NCBI GenBank assembly: GCA_050273025.1
Contig: CP158635.1
Span: 24,304,001 to 24,368,000 of the forward strand
DNA: 64,000 bases
Direction of reading: 5' to 3'
Origin: Cenococcum geophilum
Lineage: Eukaryota
The notes under the pieces were generated by a model. That model saw only the letters and a list, made by a program, of their open reading frames with translations, was not told where the DNA came from and made no database searches. The first letter of the stretch is position 1, and each line of letters opens with the position of its first letter. The position numbers and the translations under genes are program-made. This document shows positions 36,516-50,417 of this stretch, piece by piece.

Positions 36516-38822
36516 TGTTGGGAATAGGGCAAATTGCCGCCATATGCGGCAAATTGCCGTCACGTGAGGCAAGTTGCCGTCACGTGTTGCCGCGGCACTA
36601 GCGTGGTAAGGAACCTTAAGTTCCTTACCCTTCCCCTTTCTTGGAATAAAAACAACAACCATTATACTATCTACGAACCGTAGCTACGTGATATCCCCCT
36701 TGTGTAACCAACACTGATTAGTGGTTAACTTTATAGTTATGCTACAGAACAGCTAGGTATTCACTAAGAAGAGACGAGCCACTGTACCAGTGCTACTCGT
36801 GCTAAGGGAAGCTGTCTTTTAAGGTTAGAACTGGTCCTAAACCTTAAATAGAACTCTTTCACGAATCTAAGGATCTAAAGGCCAGAACTAGTCCTAAGCC
36901 TTCCCCAGATTACAGATTCTTGCGTCTATTACGCAGAACAATATGCTTTACAAGTCTTCGCGATTTAAGGCTAGAACTGGTCTTAAGCCCTATAATCGCA
37001 AATACACGTCCAAACGCGTACTAAACGATAAACGCGTACCAAATGACAAATACACATCACGAACGCGTACTAGACGATAATCCCTATACTAATAACATCT
37101 CCCTCCCTCCGAAGACATAACTATGGCTATTCCAAATAACTGGAGAGACTCCTTACCACTAGGGGTAGCTATATACGCGAAACTTATCGACGAAAATTGG
37201 GACGAATTTACCCTTAATATAATAACTTATACCGCAAAATAAGTTAACGGCTTTCTCCTATACCGTATTCTATTTTACCGAAGTAGATACTACGCCGATT
37301 CACAGCTATGGGAATATTTTAGGGAGGATTTTATAGGATGGACTGCCAACACCTGGGTACTTGGTAATATTTATATTATTTAAGATTTTCGAGACTTCCT
37401 TTGGGAGAAAGGAGTATTTATCCCTATAAATGGGGGTACTATTAGAGATAATATTCAGCAAGTCCTTAACGCAGAAGAAGAGCATAAATAGACTCTATAA
37501 GAGATTAAGCACTAAAAGAAGTTTAACTCTTAAGGGAATCCTAATAACGGACAGCTATAAGTAATACTATAGATAACCTTAGGCTATCAAACACCTTAAG
37601 TTCCTTAGGCTGCCGTATTTTAACCTGTGTAATAAGCTCCGCATTAAGCTCCGTAATAAGCTCCGAAGTAACCTCTATAGCAACTACAACCTCCGTAGCA
37701 ACCTCCGCGGCAACATCCGTAGCAACCTCCGCGGCAACATCCGCAACAACCTCCGTCTTTAGTTCCGCAGCTATTGCTTCCACCTCCGTCTTTAGTTCCC
37801 TAGTATCCACCTCTGTCTTTAGTTCTGTATCTATCGCAGTAGCCTCCGCAGCAATCTCTGTAGCAACCTCTGCAGCAATCTCCGTAGCAATCTCCGTAGT
37901 AATCTCTGTAACAACCTCCGTAACAACCCAGATCTACGTTACCACTACAAGATTAGGAGAAGTTTAGCAGGGAATTGGAATACGGCAGAGGGTATGATTA
38001 ATATCGGCTACAAAGCACTGATGGAGGTTCTCGTAGAGACCCTTATAGAGGTTCTTGTGGAGATCCTCGTGGAGATTCTCGTAGAGGTCCTTGTGGAGGT
38101 CCTCGCAGAGGTCCTTATAGAGGTCCTTATAGAGGTCCTCGTGGAGGTCCTTGCAGAGGTCCTTGCAGAGGTTCTCGTGGAGGTCCTCGTAGAGTATTAA
38201 GAACTCTTTGGGATTTGATGGATTAGTGGCCAAGATAACCCGGCAGATGTGATGACAAAGGCAATTTAAGAGCATTCCTATTGGTCGACTGTCGTTCCCA
38301 TTTGCTCGAGCTAGCCGTATCTAGTTACGCTCCGCTAGCTCCGCAACCCTATTTTAACGACATAGTTTCCTAGGGCGTACTACCTGCTAAATTCCTACTA
38401 TACTCTGCCGACCCTAACTTCTGCCAGCCAATCAGGATTTTCCATCCCCGGGATGGAAAATCGCCATTGGCTCGCTTACTACTAGCGCCTCGGCGGCCTA
38501 CTCGTCTTCGCGTTAACCCCCTAACACCCTTCCTCTTTTTCTTCTTCCCCTTAGCTTTGTACTTTTGTATAGTAGCAATCTATAGGTGTTTGTAGATGGC
38601 AACTATAAAAAGAAGAGTTGCTAGTGTTGGGAATAGGGCAAATTGCCGCCATATGTGGTAAATTGCCGTCACGTGAGGCAAGTTGCCGTCACGTGTTGCC
38701 GCGGCACTAGCGTGGTAAGGAACCTTAAGTTCCTTACCCTTCCCCTTTCTTGGAATAAAAATAACAACCATTATACTATCTACGAACCGTAGCTACGTGA
38801 TATCCCCCTTATGTAACCAACA
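36516..38822 (+). mobile_element. Non-autonomous LTR element E1 (2.3 kb; gag-like N-terminus only)
   Basis: 198-bp LTRs 36516-36713 and 38625-38822; TSD ctaat; degraded ORF from ~37123 (LWEYFREDF.GWT...FRDFL.EKGVF...EEEHEWT.QEI); 12-bp Q/P- and R/G-type repeats; no pol seen. Confidence 0.9.
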
Positions 38823-39896
38823 CTAATAGATTTAACTTAAATATAACTAGTAAAATCTTTTACTTAATTTTAAAAGGTCCTAGTCTAACGTAGTCTAACT
38901 TCTTACTTAGTTATTAACTCTTAAAATTTTTATATAGTAGCTATACTTTATCTCCCTCCTTAAGATCTAGTCCCTTAGATCTCTTAGCATTATAATACTT
39001 TTTTATTCTTTTCTATACTTTCTTTACTAATTCTATAAGGTCTATATAAAGATTTATTAGTACCTTTATTTTTTTCTTTAGCTATGCTACTTATTTTCTT
39101 CGCTTATTATAGTAATAATAATATTCTTAGCTTATATCTATAGTTTGCTTTAAATAGTAATATACCTATTTCTTTTTATAGTGTTGCATTATATATAAAC
39201 TATATAACTAGTAATAATAATACCTAATTATTCTGCGTGTAATTAATATAATGTCTTAGATACTATTCTAGTGTCTAATTTAATCTTTCTATTTAACCGT
39301 CTGTCTGCGGATAATATACGGTAGAAGTTACTACTCTAACTTCTTACTCCGCTAAGAATACCTCCTAAAATACTGCTATAAATCTTAGATCTCTATCTAA
39401 TATAATCTTACTTAGTACTCCGTGTCTTATAAATACTTCTTTAATATAGATTTTAGCGATATCTTCTACTAATATTTCTTCCGTGCATGCTATAAAGTAT
39501 CCCCACTTTATAAGCTTATCCACTATTACTAAGATTACGTTATAATCTTATCCAGTAATAGGATTTCTTAACTTTAGTAATTTAATAATAAAGTCCTATA
39601 ATATGACCTCCTATAGTCTCTCTAGTATTTTAATAGGTTATAGCCCTCTATATAGCTTATACCTCGTTAGTTTATTCCTCTAGTAATTTAAATACTCTTT
39701 TATAACTTTTTACACTAAGCCCTAGATTCTATTAATAATATACTCCTCCTAGAGTTTTAACACTAAGCCTATGGCTCTATTATGTCCTTAAGTTATTCCC
39801 TTATAGAAATCTTCTATAAAGTGTTCTGCTATACTTCTTAGGATATACTTTACCTCTCTATATTTATATAATATTTCTTCTTCTAGATATTCTAAC

Positions 39897-42438
39897 TGTC
39901 GGGAATGAGGCAATTTGCCGTCACGTACGGCAAACTGCCATCACGTGATGGCAAGTTGCTATCACGTGTCGCCGCGGCACTAGCGTGGCGAGGAGCCTTA
40001 AGCTCCTTGCCCTTCCTCATTCCAATCAAAAAAAAGCTTTATTAACCAACATCACTGTAACCCTACTCGAGTAGTCGTTATTGGTGAGTCACCCTATATA
40101 ACCAACACTGATCAGTGGTTGAATACATAGTTAACCACAGAGCAGCTAGGTCTTCAAATAGAAGAAATAGTCTTATATAGGGGTGCCATATGCGCTTATA
40201 TGGAATAGATCCCAGTAACACTGTGCTACCTTAGACTTACGGAAAACTAATAATAGAAGTGTTACTAAGTACTAGGAAATACTAAGTTGTGTCTATTATA
40301 CAGAACAACCGCGTTTACGAAGATTTAGTTAAGTACTTTAGGTTAGAAGTGTTACTAAACCTAAGGTCCTAAGTTAACGTCTAAAACGCGTTGAACAATA
40401 TCTCAAATTACCTACCTCTTAACAGCAAACCTACGAGATCCTACAAAACCGAAAATCCTACCTACCTTTAACGTACGATACCCCGTCAATTCTATACCTA
40501 CTATGGCGTTAACCTACCTAAAGAAGTACGAGAAAGATATTAACCTAAAGATATAGAATAGAGATATTAACCTTATAAACGCTAAACCATAAGACCTAAA
40601 CGGATTCTTATTACACCGTATAGCACACTATAAAGATAGTAAATACGATAATACCGCGCTATAGGAATATATAAGGGAGGACTTTATTAGATGGATAAAG
40701 GAAATATAGGCTCCCGCGAATAAGGATATCGTATAAGACTTCCGTAACTTTTTACGGGAGTATAGAGTATTCGTCCCTATAGACGGGGGCGTTATTAGAG
40801 ACAATATTTAGGAGTATATTATTAATGTAAAAGAAGAGCATAAATAGACTCTATAAGAGATTAAGATTGAGCACCAAATACGCGCTATAAAGAAGTTTAA
40901 CTCTTAAGGGAATTCTAATAACGGACAGCCACAAGCTCCGTCTATATAAGCTCCATTTATATAAGCTCCGTCCGCACAAGCTCCGTCCCACTAGTAAGCT
41001 TAATAAGAACCTCCGTAAGAACCTCCGTAGTAACCTCACTAGCAACCTCCGTAGTAGCCTCTGCAGAAACCACCACAGACAACCTTAGGCTATCAAACAC
41101 CTCAAGTTCCTTAAGCTATTGTATCTTAACCTGTGCCTTAAGCTCCGTCCCTATAAGCTCCGTCTATATAAGCTCCGCCTATACAAGCTCCGTCTATATA
41201 AGCTCCGTCTATATAAGCTCCATCCGCTTAAGCTCCGTCCTACTAGTAATCTCCGTAGCAATCTCCGCAGTAATCTTCATAGTAATCTCCGTAATAAGCC
41301 TCTACTTCTCCATAAACATTTAATAAGCTTTAGAAGATCTAGCGTAGAGGGAAATTCTAAGACTCTTATAGTTCCCAAGGTAGCTATAAAGGTAGCTACT
41401 AGCGTGATCCAGACAGGAAGTTCTTATAGAGGGTGCCATAAAGAGAAAGTAATATAGGGGGGGGAGCGGTTAAAATAGCATAGTTACGCAAGCAAAGCAT
41501 AAAGAAAGAACTACTAGTATTTGCGGCAGCTATAAACCCAATAAGCCTTATACTAATATGCCCGCGACACAAACCATAAACTAGACAACGATAGCGCTAA
41601 TACGCCTACTATTACGAACCAACCCTATAACAAGACTCCGTACTAATCTGCCTACGGAACCGACCCTACGCTAGTACTATACTGCTATATACTATTAACA
41701 AACTAATAGCGCCGCTATGCCTACTATTACGATACTAATTGCGCTAATATGCCTGCGATCTACCAACCAAATAATCGTGCCTATACGCCTACAATTAACC
41801 GACCGACTAATAGACAAGCTCTATACTTAACTACTATTACTACCGCCGCTGGTACTATACTATTACCCAAATAGACTTTTGCTGCTTCCACCTGCAGCTA
41901 AACCAATACCTTACTGCCTTCCTGCAGCATTATATCTATAAAAAAAGAATTGCCAGAAGCTTCTTATGGAACTTAGTAAGGTAGATAACGCCAATTAGGA
42001 TTTTCTATCCCCGGGATAGAAAATCGCTATTAGCTCGCTTATAGCTAGCGCCTTAGCGGCCCTAATGGCCCTAACACGATATCTACCTACGACTCCTTAG
42101 CAAGAAAGCACCACGTGCTAAGAGGCAAATTTTAGGACAGCGAGACTTATATTACAATAGCAATAGTAAGTAAAAAGGATCCATATTTGTTATAATAGTC
42201 AAGCAGTATTTATATATAGAGGGCAACCACAAAAGAAGAGTTGCCAGTGTCGGGAATGAGGCAATTTGCCGTCACGTGATGGCAAGTTGCCATCACGTGT
42301 CGCCGCGGCACTAGCGTGGCGAGGAGCCTTAAGCTCCTCGCCCTTCCTCATTCCAATTAAAAAAAAGCTTTATTAACCAACATCACTGTAACCCTACTCG
42401 AGTAGTCGTTATTAGTGAGTCACCCTATATGACCAACA
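39897..42438 (+). mobile_element. Non-autonomous LTR element E2, related to E1
   Basis: LTRs 39897-40107 (211 bp) and 42248-42438 (191 bp); TSD ctaac; same gag-like motif at ~40660-40870; PPT aaaagaagag. Confidence 0.9.
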
Positions 42439-44720
42439 CTAACTATTTCTCTAGTTATGCTTTAAAGATCCTTTATACCTAAAAGCTCTCTAATAACTTA
42501 TAAACTCTATCTAGTTTATCGTCTTCTTAAGTTGCTATAATTTTCGGATAATTATATCTAATTAATCCGTCTATGTCTTTTCGCAATAAAGCCCCTAATA
42601 GCTTTTTATTATTTTATAATTTAGCCTTTCTACTTAGAGCGTCTGCTTATATATTATCTATGCCTTTAGTATACTAAATCTTAAAATAGTATTCTATAAG
42701 CATCTCTACCTATTTAACCTATCTTTAGTTAAGTTCCTTCGTTATTAGAAATCCTATTAGGTTTTTATAATCTATTTTAACTATAAATAGTTTCTCTATA
42801 CCTTATAAGAATGCTCTTTATTTCTTTAATACTATAACTATACCTAATAACTCCTTATTATAAATGTTATAGTTTAACTTTAGTAGTGTTATCTTCTAAC
42901 TATAGTATACCACTAGGTGCTATCTATCTTAATATTTTTTATATAAAGTACGCCCCTAGTATAAAGTTTAATATATCTGTTTTTACAACCGTCTCTAGTC
43001 CTAGTTAATAGATTTTAAGAACTAGCTCCTAGGTAAACAATCCTTTAACTTCTTTAAATAATTTTTACTGTTCCTCTCCCTATACCTATAGTTCTTCTTT
43101 CTTTATTAACTGCGTAAATAGTTTAATATCCTTTAACCATTGCGCTATAAACCTTCTATAGTAGTTGCAAAACCCTAAGAATAATCTTAACTATATAAAG
43201 TTCTCTAGTTCTTACCAATTTATTATAGCTTCAATCTTTTTTAGATCTATACTAAGCTAGCCTAGTTTAATAATAAATTTAACAAAATTAGTCTTTTTAG
43301 TAAAGAACTTGCATTTCTTAATTATTACTAGTATCTATTCTTTCTATAGTCTCTTTAAGACCCATTTAACATATTCTCTATATTCTCCCTTAGTTATTAA
43401 GTAGATAATAATATTATTAAGGTATACTATAATAAATTCATCTAAGTATTCTCCTAATATATTATTAATACGCTTCTAGAACGTTGCTAGTACGTTTATA
43501 AGCCTAAATTATATAACTAATAGTTTATACAGTCCTTCCTTTAACCTAAAGGCTACCTTTTATTTATTACCTTCCTTAATCCGGATCTAATAGTACGCCT
43601 ATCTTAGATCTATCTTTATAAAGATTTATACATTGCCTATCCTATCTTAGATTTCGCTAATTAAGGGTAAAGGATACCTATCCTTTCTAGTAATACTGTT
43701 TAACTATCTATAGTTAATATATAGCCTTAGTTTACTATTTTTCTTTAGTATAAACAGTACTGGATAACCTGCTAATAACTATAATAGTCTAATGTATCCC
43801 TTTTATAGGTTTTCCTAGATAAACTCTTTTAGTGCTCTACCTTTCTCTTCGGTAAGCTTATAGGTTAGAAAGAACCTTAGACTTATTTCTAGTTCTAACT
43901 CTATCTTATAGTCCTATACTATATACTCTAATAGCTTCTTACTTTCTAGTAACCATAGTTTTTTGCTATACTTATGGTATCTCTTTGGTATATAACTTAA
44001 TCCTTTTTCTATTTCTTTGTAGGTGGCTCCTACTTAGTACTATACTAACTTGGCCTATTATTATATCTTATAGCGTTAAGTATCCCTAATATTAACCTAA
44101 CTTATAATCTAATTAATCTTTAGATTATATTCCTATAACTAAGGCATTCCTAATACTACCTTATTATTTCCTAATAGTAATATATTAAAAGATATCTTAA
44201 TTTATCTCCCTTTAATGGTTAGCTAAATAGGTCCTATTTTAAGATTAATAATACCTCCTCTGTAGGCTATTAGATCTCCTAAAATCGTCACTAATAGGTA
44301 AAAGTACTCCTTTTTCCTATGTGGTAACCCCATTCTTTTAACTACTGCTAATAAGATATAGTTCCTTATTACTCCACTATCTATTAATACTTTAAACTAT
44401 TAATCTTACTATTTAACTTGTAAATTTAGGTATTATCCTTAAATTCCTTTAAGGGTTTAAGGCTCTACTACTAGTTCCCTCTAGTCCTGTAGGCCTCCAC
44501 TTTTCCTAACTATTAGCTGCTTAATCTTATTTATACTTAGTTTACTTTTAGCTAATACTTAGTTCGTTTTTTATCTTTAATATACTATAGACATATATTC
44601 TCTAGGTATTTCCACCACTATTATTTATCTAGGCATTCTTCCGTAAAAAATCTTCCTGGTTAAAGTATTAAGTCCCCTTAGCTTTATACTTCCGCTAGGT
44701 ACTAACCATATATATACCTA

Positions 44721-45247
44721 CATCAGGATTTTTTTTTTGGGCGCGTTGTTGCAGATTGCGGCAATTTGCTGCAAACTGTGCGATTTGTGTGGTTGTATAT
44801 GGTCGTTAGCGATTCGCGCAAACCGCGCGTTTCGCAATAAATTTGCAGCTTCTGCTAGCAAATTGCAGCAAAACGCTTAACCACTAAACTAATGCTAGCT
44901 TTTTGCTACCCTATAAATAAATAGCACGTAAACTGTATAAGCTGTACAAACTGTACAAACTATACGAACTGTACGAACTATATAAACTATACAAACTATA
45001 CAAACTATACGAACTATACAAACTGTATAAACTGTACAAATTATAACTATATAAAATTATATTATATTATATAATAACTAAATTATTATATATTTCCATA
45101 GATTGCTATAATATACTTTTAAATATATTTATATTATAACTATATAAAATATAAAGCTATCTAACTGCCTGCCTACCTGCCTACCTACCTACCTACCTAC
45201 CTGCCTGCCTACCTACCTACCTACCTACCTACCTACCTATCTGTCTA

Positions 45248-45280
<33 letters not shown>

Positions 45281-48200
45281 ACCTACCCGTCTATGCCCAC
45301 CTGTCTGTGCTTACCTGTCTGTGCCTACCTGTCTATGCCTACCTGCCTATGCCTACCTATCTATATTACCTTGATTCGATCGATCGATCGAATCGTTTAT
45401 AGTGTTCGCTGGCTGGTCGTTTGAACGGTTGTCGTGTAGCTCTAGCAGCGATCGTGTAGCTCTGGCGACGGTCGTCTGGCTCTAGCGATGGTTATCTGGC
45501 TCTGGCTCCGGCCGTCTAGCTCTGGCGATGGTCGTCTAGCTCTGGCGACGGTCGTCTGGCGATAACAACGGTCGTCTAGCTCTAACAATGGTCATCTGGC
45601 TCTGGCGATGGTCATCTAGCTCTGGCTCCAGCCGTCTGGCTCTGGCGACGGTCGTCTAGCTCTAGCGACGGTCGTCTAGCGATAATAACGGTCGTCTAGC
45701 TCTAACGACGGTTATCTGACTCTGGCGATGGTCATCTAGCTCTGGCTCCGGCCGTCTGGCTCTGGCGACGGTCGTCTAGCTCTAACGACGGTCGTCTAGC
45801 TCTGACGACGGTTGTCTAGCTCTGGCGACGGCCATCTGGCTCTGGCTCTGGTCGTCTAGCTCTGACGACGGTCGCCTGGCGATGGCGACGGTCGTTTTCT
45901 GGCTGTTGTTCTGGTGTCTCCTTAAGTAGGGAGGATGTAAGGAAGAAAGGGTAAAAAATGAGGTGGCTACCTAGGTGTATATAGGGGGTATACTTGGCAG
46001 AGGCACGTGTAGAGGCTATTGGGAATATAGCGGGGACCCGATACAGAGCTTCGTGTAGAGCCTCCGTGCGCAGAGCTTCGCGCAGAGCCTCGTGCAGAGC
46101 CTCTGTACGTAGAGCTTCGTGTAGAGCTTCGTGTAGAGCTTCGTGTAGAGCTTCGTGTAGAGCTTCGTGTAGAGCTTCGTGTAGAGCTTCGTGCAGAGCC
46201 TCTGTACGCAGAGCTTTATGTAGAGCCTTGTGTAGAACCTCGTGCAAAGCTTCGTGTAGAGCTTCGTGTGGAGCTTCGTGCAGCGCTTTATGCAGTTTTG
46301 TGGTATTTTTATTACATTTTTATTACATTTTTGTTGCAGCCAAAAATTAGGGTCTGCTTAAGTCGCTTAAGTCGCAATTTTAGTAATTTACACAAAGTAG
46401 CCTGTAAATCGCTTAAATCGCTTACCTCAGCGAGCTCAGACGCGATTTTTTAGCTAGCATCGGAATAACCTACGCCGTCTTCCGAATTGCAAAATCACGT
46501 CTGAGAGGGTTTGGCGAGATTTGTTAAAATCCTAAGCAAAATCCATAAAATAGAGATTACGGATATCCAATTTATTTATTCACACAACACGTTATTATTA
46601 AACCCTATAGTCACTTTTTTTTTAAGACTTAGGGCTTCTAAATGGTATAAATTTTATTATACGGCTACCACTTAGTCCTGACATTAATTTCGTTAAAGTT
46701 AAAAAACGCGTTATTAAAAGCCTAAGCATATATTGTATCTTATTAAATAGTCTACTAATATAGATAAAACTATACAGATATATAGATATCTACTACTTAA
46801 AGCTATTGCAACACCTAGTAGGTGCTATAGTTGGGTCTTTCCTTAAAAATATCCTCCCTTGGCCCGGAGCTACTACTAGGGGGTAAGCTTTGGGCAGAGC
46901 CTTATGTAGAACCTTAGTAGAGCTTCGTGTAGAGCTTCGTGCAGAGCTTTGTGTAGAGCTTTGTGCAGAGCTTCATGCAGAGCTTCATGCAGAGCTTTAA
47001 GCAGAGCTTTAAGCAGAGCTTCAAGCAGAGCTTCAAGCAGAGCTTCAAGCAGAGCTTCAAGTAGAGCTTTTACAGAGCTTCGTGCGGAGCTTCGTGCAGA
47101 GCTTAATGTAGATCTTTGTACAGAGCTTCGTGCAGAGCTTCGTGCAGAGCTTCGTGCGGAGCTTCGTGCAGAGCTTAATGCAGATCTTTGTACAGAGCTT
47201 TGTGCAGAGCTTCGTGCAGAGCTTCGTGCAGAGCTTCGTGCAGAGCTTCGTGCAGAGCTTCGTGCAGAGCTTCGTGCAGAGCTTCGTGCAGAGCTTCGTG
47301 CAGAGCTTCGTGCAGAGCTTCATGCAGAGCCACGTGCAGGCGTGCAGACGTGTAGATGTGCAGACGTGCAGACGTTCGTACGGGCGATCAATTGCAGAGA
47401 CGTTTGTAGAGACGATTGTATGGGCAATTGATCGATTGATTGTATGGGCGTTTATACGGGCGTTTGTACGGGCGTTTATACGGGCGATTGTAGAACCTTC
47501 CTGGTATATTAGTGCTGCGTGTTAATAGAGCTTTGGAGCTCTATATAGGTAAAGAAAAGAGACTATATATACATGAGGTAGGTGGCGAAACGCTGATAAC
47601 GATGTTGACGATAGAGCTGACGACTACGACTTGTAATTGCCACTGTCGACAACGCCACTCAGTCAGTATTTGGTAATGGGAATCGATAATAGGGCTTCGA
47701 GTAGAGCTTCGAGCAGAGCTTCGAGCGGAGCTTCGAGCAGAGCTTCGAGCAGAGCTTCGAGCAGAGCTTCGTGCGGAGATTCGAGCAGAGCTTCGTGCGG
47801 AGCTTCGAGCAGAGCTTCGTGCGGAGCTTTGAGCGGAGCTTTGAGCGGAGCTTCGTGTGGAGCTTTGAGCGGAGCTTCGTGCGGAGCTTCGTACAGAGCT
47901 TTTGCAGAGCTTCGGTAGAGCTCCGTGCAGAGCTCTGTGCAGGTCTCCCCCTAAGCTTCGTTCCGCAGAGCTCTCGCAAAGCTCCACAGCTCTACGCAGA
48001 GGGCTGCCGGCGTAGGCGTAAGCGTTCAGCGTTGGTGTTTACTGCGCGGCTCGGCGGTGCAGAGGTAGAATTGGGGCCTCTACGGCGACGACTTCCTCTT
48101 ACTATTACGCGGGTATAAGGAGCTGAGGATCTCATAGCTTTATAGAGTAGGCTTTTCTCTATAATTTAGTGTAATTTTTATATCAATAAGTATTGTGGGA

Positions 48201-48488
48201 GGGTAGATTAATTTCGTTAAAGTTAATAAGGTCTTCTTATATAAACGGTGTTTAGGTTTTCTATAAATCTCGCCAAAGTCCCTCAGACTAAGAAAACGAT
48301 TACCGTCCTAAATCAGCTTAGCGGACGGTGCGGATATTCCAATATCCGCAATCGATTTCTTGGTCTGAGCTTCTGAGGTAAGTAAATCGCTGCAAATCGC
48401 CGCAAATTGCTAAAATTGCGACTTAAGCGAGTTAAGCAGACCCCAATTTTCGGCTGCAACAACGCGCCCAAAAAAAAAATTCCTGATG
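44721..48488. mobile_element. CATCAGG TIR element copy 2 with stacked repeats and a nested TIR element
   Basis: ta|catcaggattttttttttgggcgcgttgttgcag ... ctgcaacaacgcgcccaaaaaaaaattcctgatg|ta; same module order as 20176-23606. Confidence 0.9.
46425..48378. mobile_element. Inner TIR element (CCTCAG termini, TA duplication) also carrying the 12-bp minisatellite
   Basis: ta|cctcagcgagctcagac ... gtctgagcttctgagg|ta; second inverted block gtctgagagggtttggcgagattt / aaatctcgccaaagtccctcagac; arrays at ~46890-47330 and ~47695-47990. Confidence 0.72.
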
Positions 48489-50417
48489 TAGTATTTTAAT
48501 ATTTTGCCTTATCTAGTACCTAATATATCCTTACTAAGTACTTCTAGTTCTTATCTTTAGGTACTCTATATATATTATACATATTATCTATATACGCAAT
48601 CTATACCAATATATAATATACTTAGTGTCTTAGGTTAACTCTTAGCTTATCTTTATCCTTAAGTTTAAACCTTTCTCGTATTAATCTAAGCGTTATAACT
48701 TTATTTACAGGTACTAAGGTTTACCTCTCGCTTCTCTAGTCCTCTAATTACTCCTCTATAAGGGATAGGCTTCGTTAACGATATAAACCTAATTATATAC
48801 GGGCCAACAGCCGCAGAGAATTGTAGAACACTAGAGAAAGCTTATAATACCTATATAGAATGGGCAAGACGACATAGAGTTCAATTCTCACTAGAGAAAT
48901 ACCAGCTAATCCATTTTATAAGAAAACGCAACTAATCTACAGATCTCTAGCACATAATTCGCATCTAAGGCTTTGGGGGTTAACTAGTTTAGGGCCTAAG
49001 AGTATTAGGAGTATGGGTAGACAGTAAGCTCTAGTGGAGCGCACATGCGGCGCAAGCGGCCCGTAAGGGCTAAGCATAGTATATTATATTATCTAGGATT
49101 ATTAACTCTATATAGGGTCCATACTTCCAGAGATCACGCCTACTATATATAGCAGTTGTCCGGCCAACCATAACGTATAGTTCCAGTATTTGGGCTATTA
49201 GAGAATCTAAGAAAGGCCCCCCTAAATCGCTCCTTAAACTACTCTAAAAGGTCTAAACAGCCTGCCTCTGGAGTATAACAGACGGATATAAGCGAATAGC
49301 CACAGCACTACTTAAGAAGGAAGCTAATATTCCCCCCCTATAACTATATATTAAAGCCGCTACAATATAAAGGGCATAAAAGGAACGTAACTCTAATATT
49401 ATAAAGTATATTAAGATATACCTAAATAAACTATAAAGGGACCCTAGGGCGCCTTATAGAAGAATAAACTAATAACCCTAAAGTAGGGAAGATATATTAG
49501 AGAAATAGGTAAAGAAAGTAGAATAATAATAGTGCTGCTTTAGGGCCCAGGACTATATAGAGGAGGAAGGGAGACGCGTAAGAGGCCAGTAAAGACAATA
49601 GTAAGAGAGAGAAAGGAGCTAAAGTAGAGCATAAAAGAACGCCGGGAAACTATTTACCGTAATATAATACTGGCTGGACTAACGCTGGAGAGGTGTATAG
49701 GAGTTAAAGGTATAGAGGCTAACTAAGGTAAGAGAAACCCAAGCCGTAGCATAGTTAACGCTATAGGGGGTAAATACTTTAGGGCTCTAAGAAGGCCTAA
49801 TAAAGGCAGAAAATATAATAGTAATACTCTTAAGAATAGGAATAATAGGACTAAAAGACTAGCTCTACTAGGTAGGCGTCCTAGTAGGTAGCCTAAGATG
49901 CGAATATAGCTGGCTAAGATAGACACTAAAATATATAATACTGTTTGTTACGGACGCTTTAAGTACGATATTACGATTACTTGGAGAAGAGACGGAAGAA
50001 GCTAGTTGGTTAATTCAAGCATGGTCTAGGATAGAGCCGGTAGAACTATATAACGAGGAATAGTAACTAAGGTCACATAATGTGCTATATATTAAACAAG
50101 AGGAATAAGAGGAACTTACGTACCTTATGTATAAGACGTATATTACGTATAAGAAGGATTTTATAGGAGTACGGTTATATATTTAAGGACCCTTAGTCCC
50201 TACCTAGATAGTTCCTTCCTTATAGTAATTCTCAGAATACAATTAAAGTTAATTTGTTGGGCAACCACTCTACTAGTTATTATTACGTTGTTAATTACTA
50301 TTGCTTGCATTTCCTACATACTTAGCCCAATAATAGGACCCACTGTAGTTCTTACTACAAGGTTCCGTTACACAATTACTACCTGGTTATAGTATTAATA
50401 ATAGGGAATCGGATAAC

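Noticed and set aside
45816..48118. Cluster of 60-160 aa low-complexity ORFs
   Set aside because: Same minisatellite artefact in the second element.
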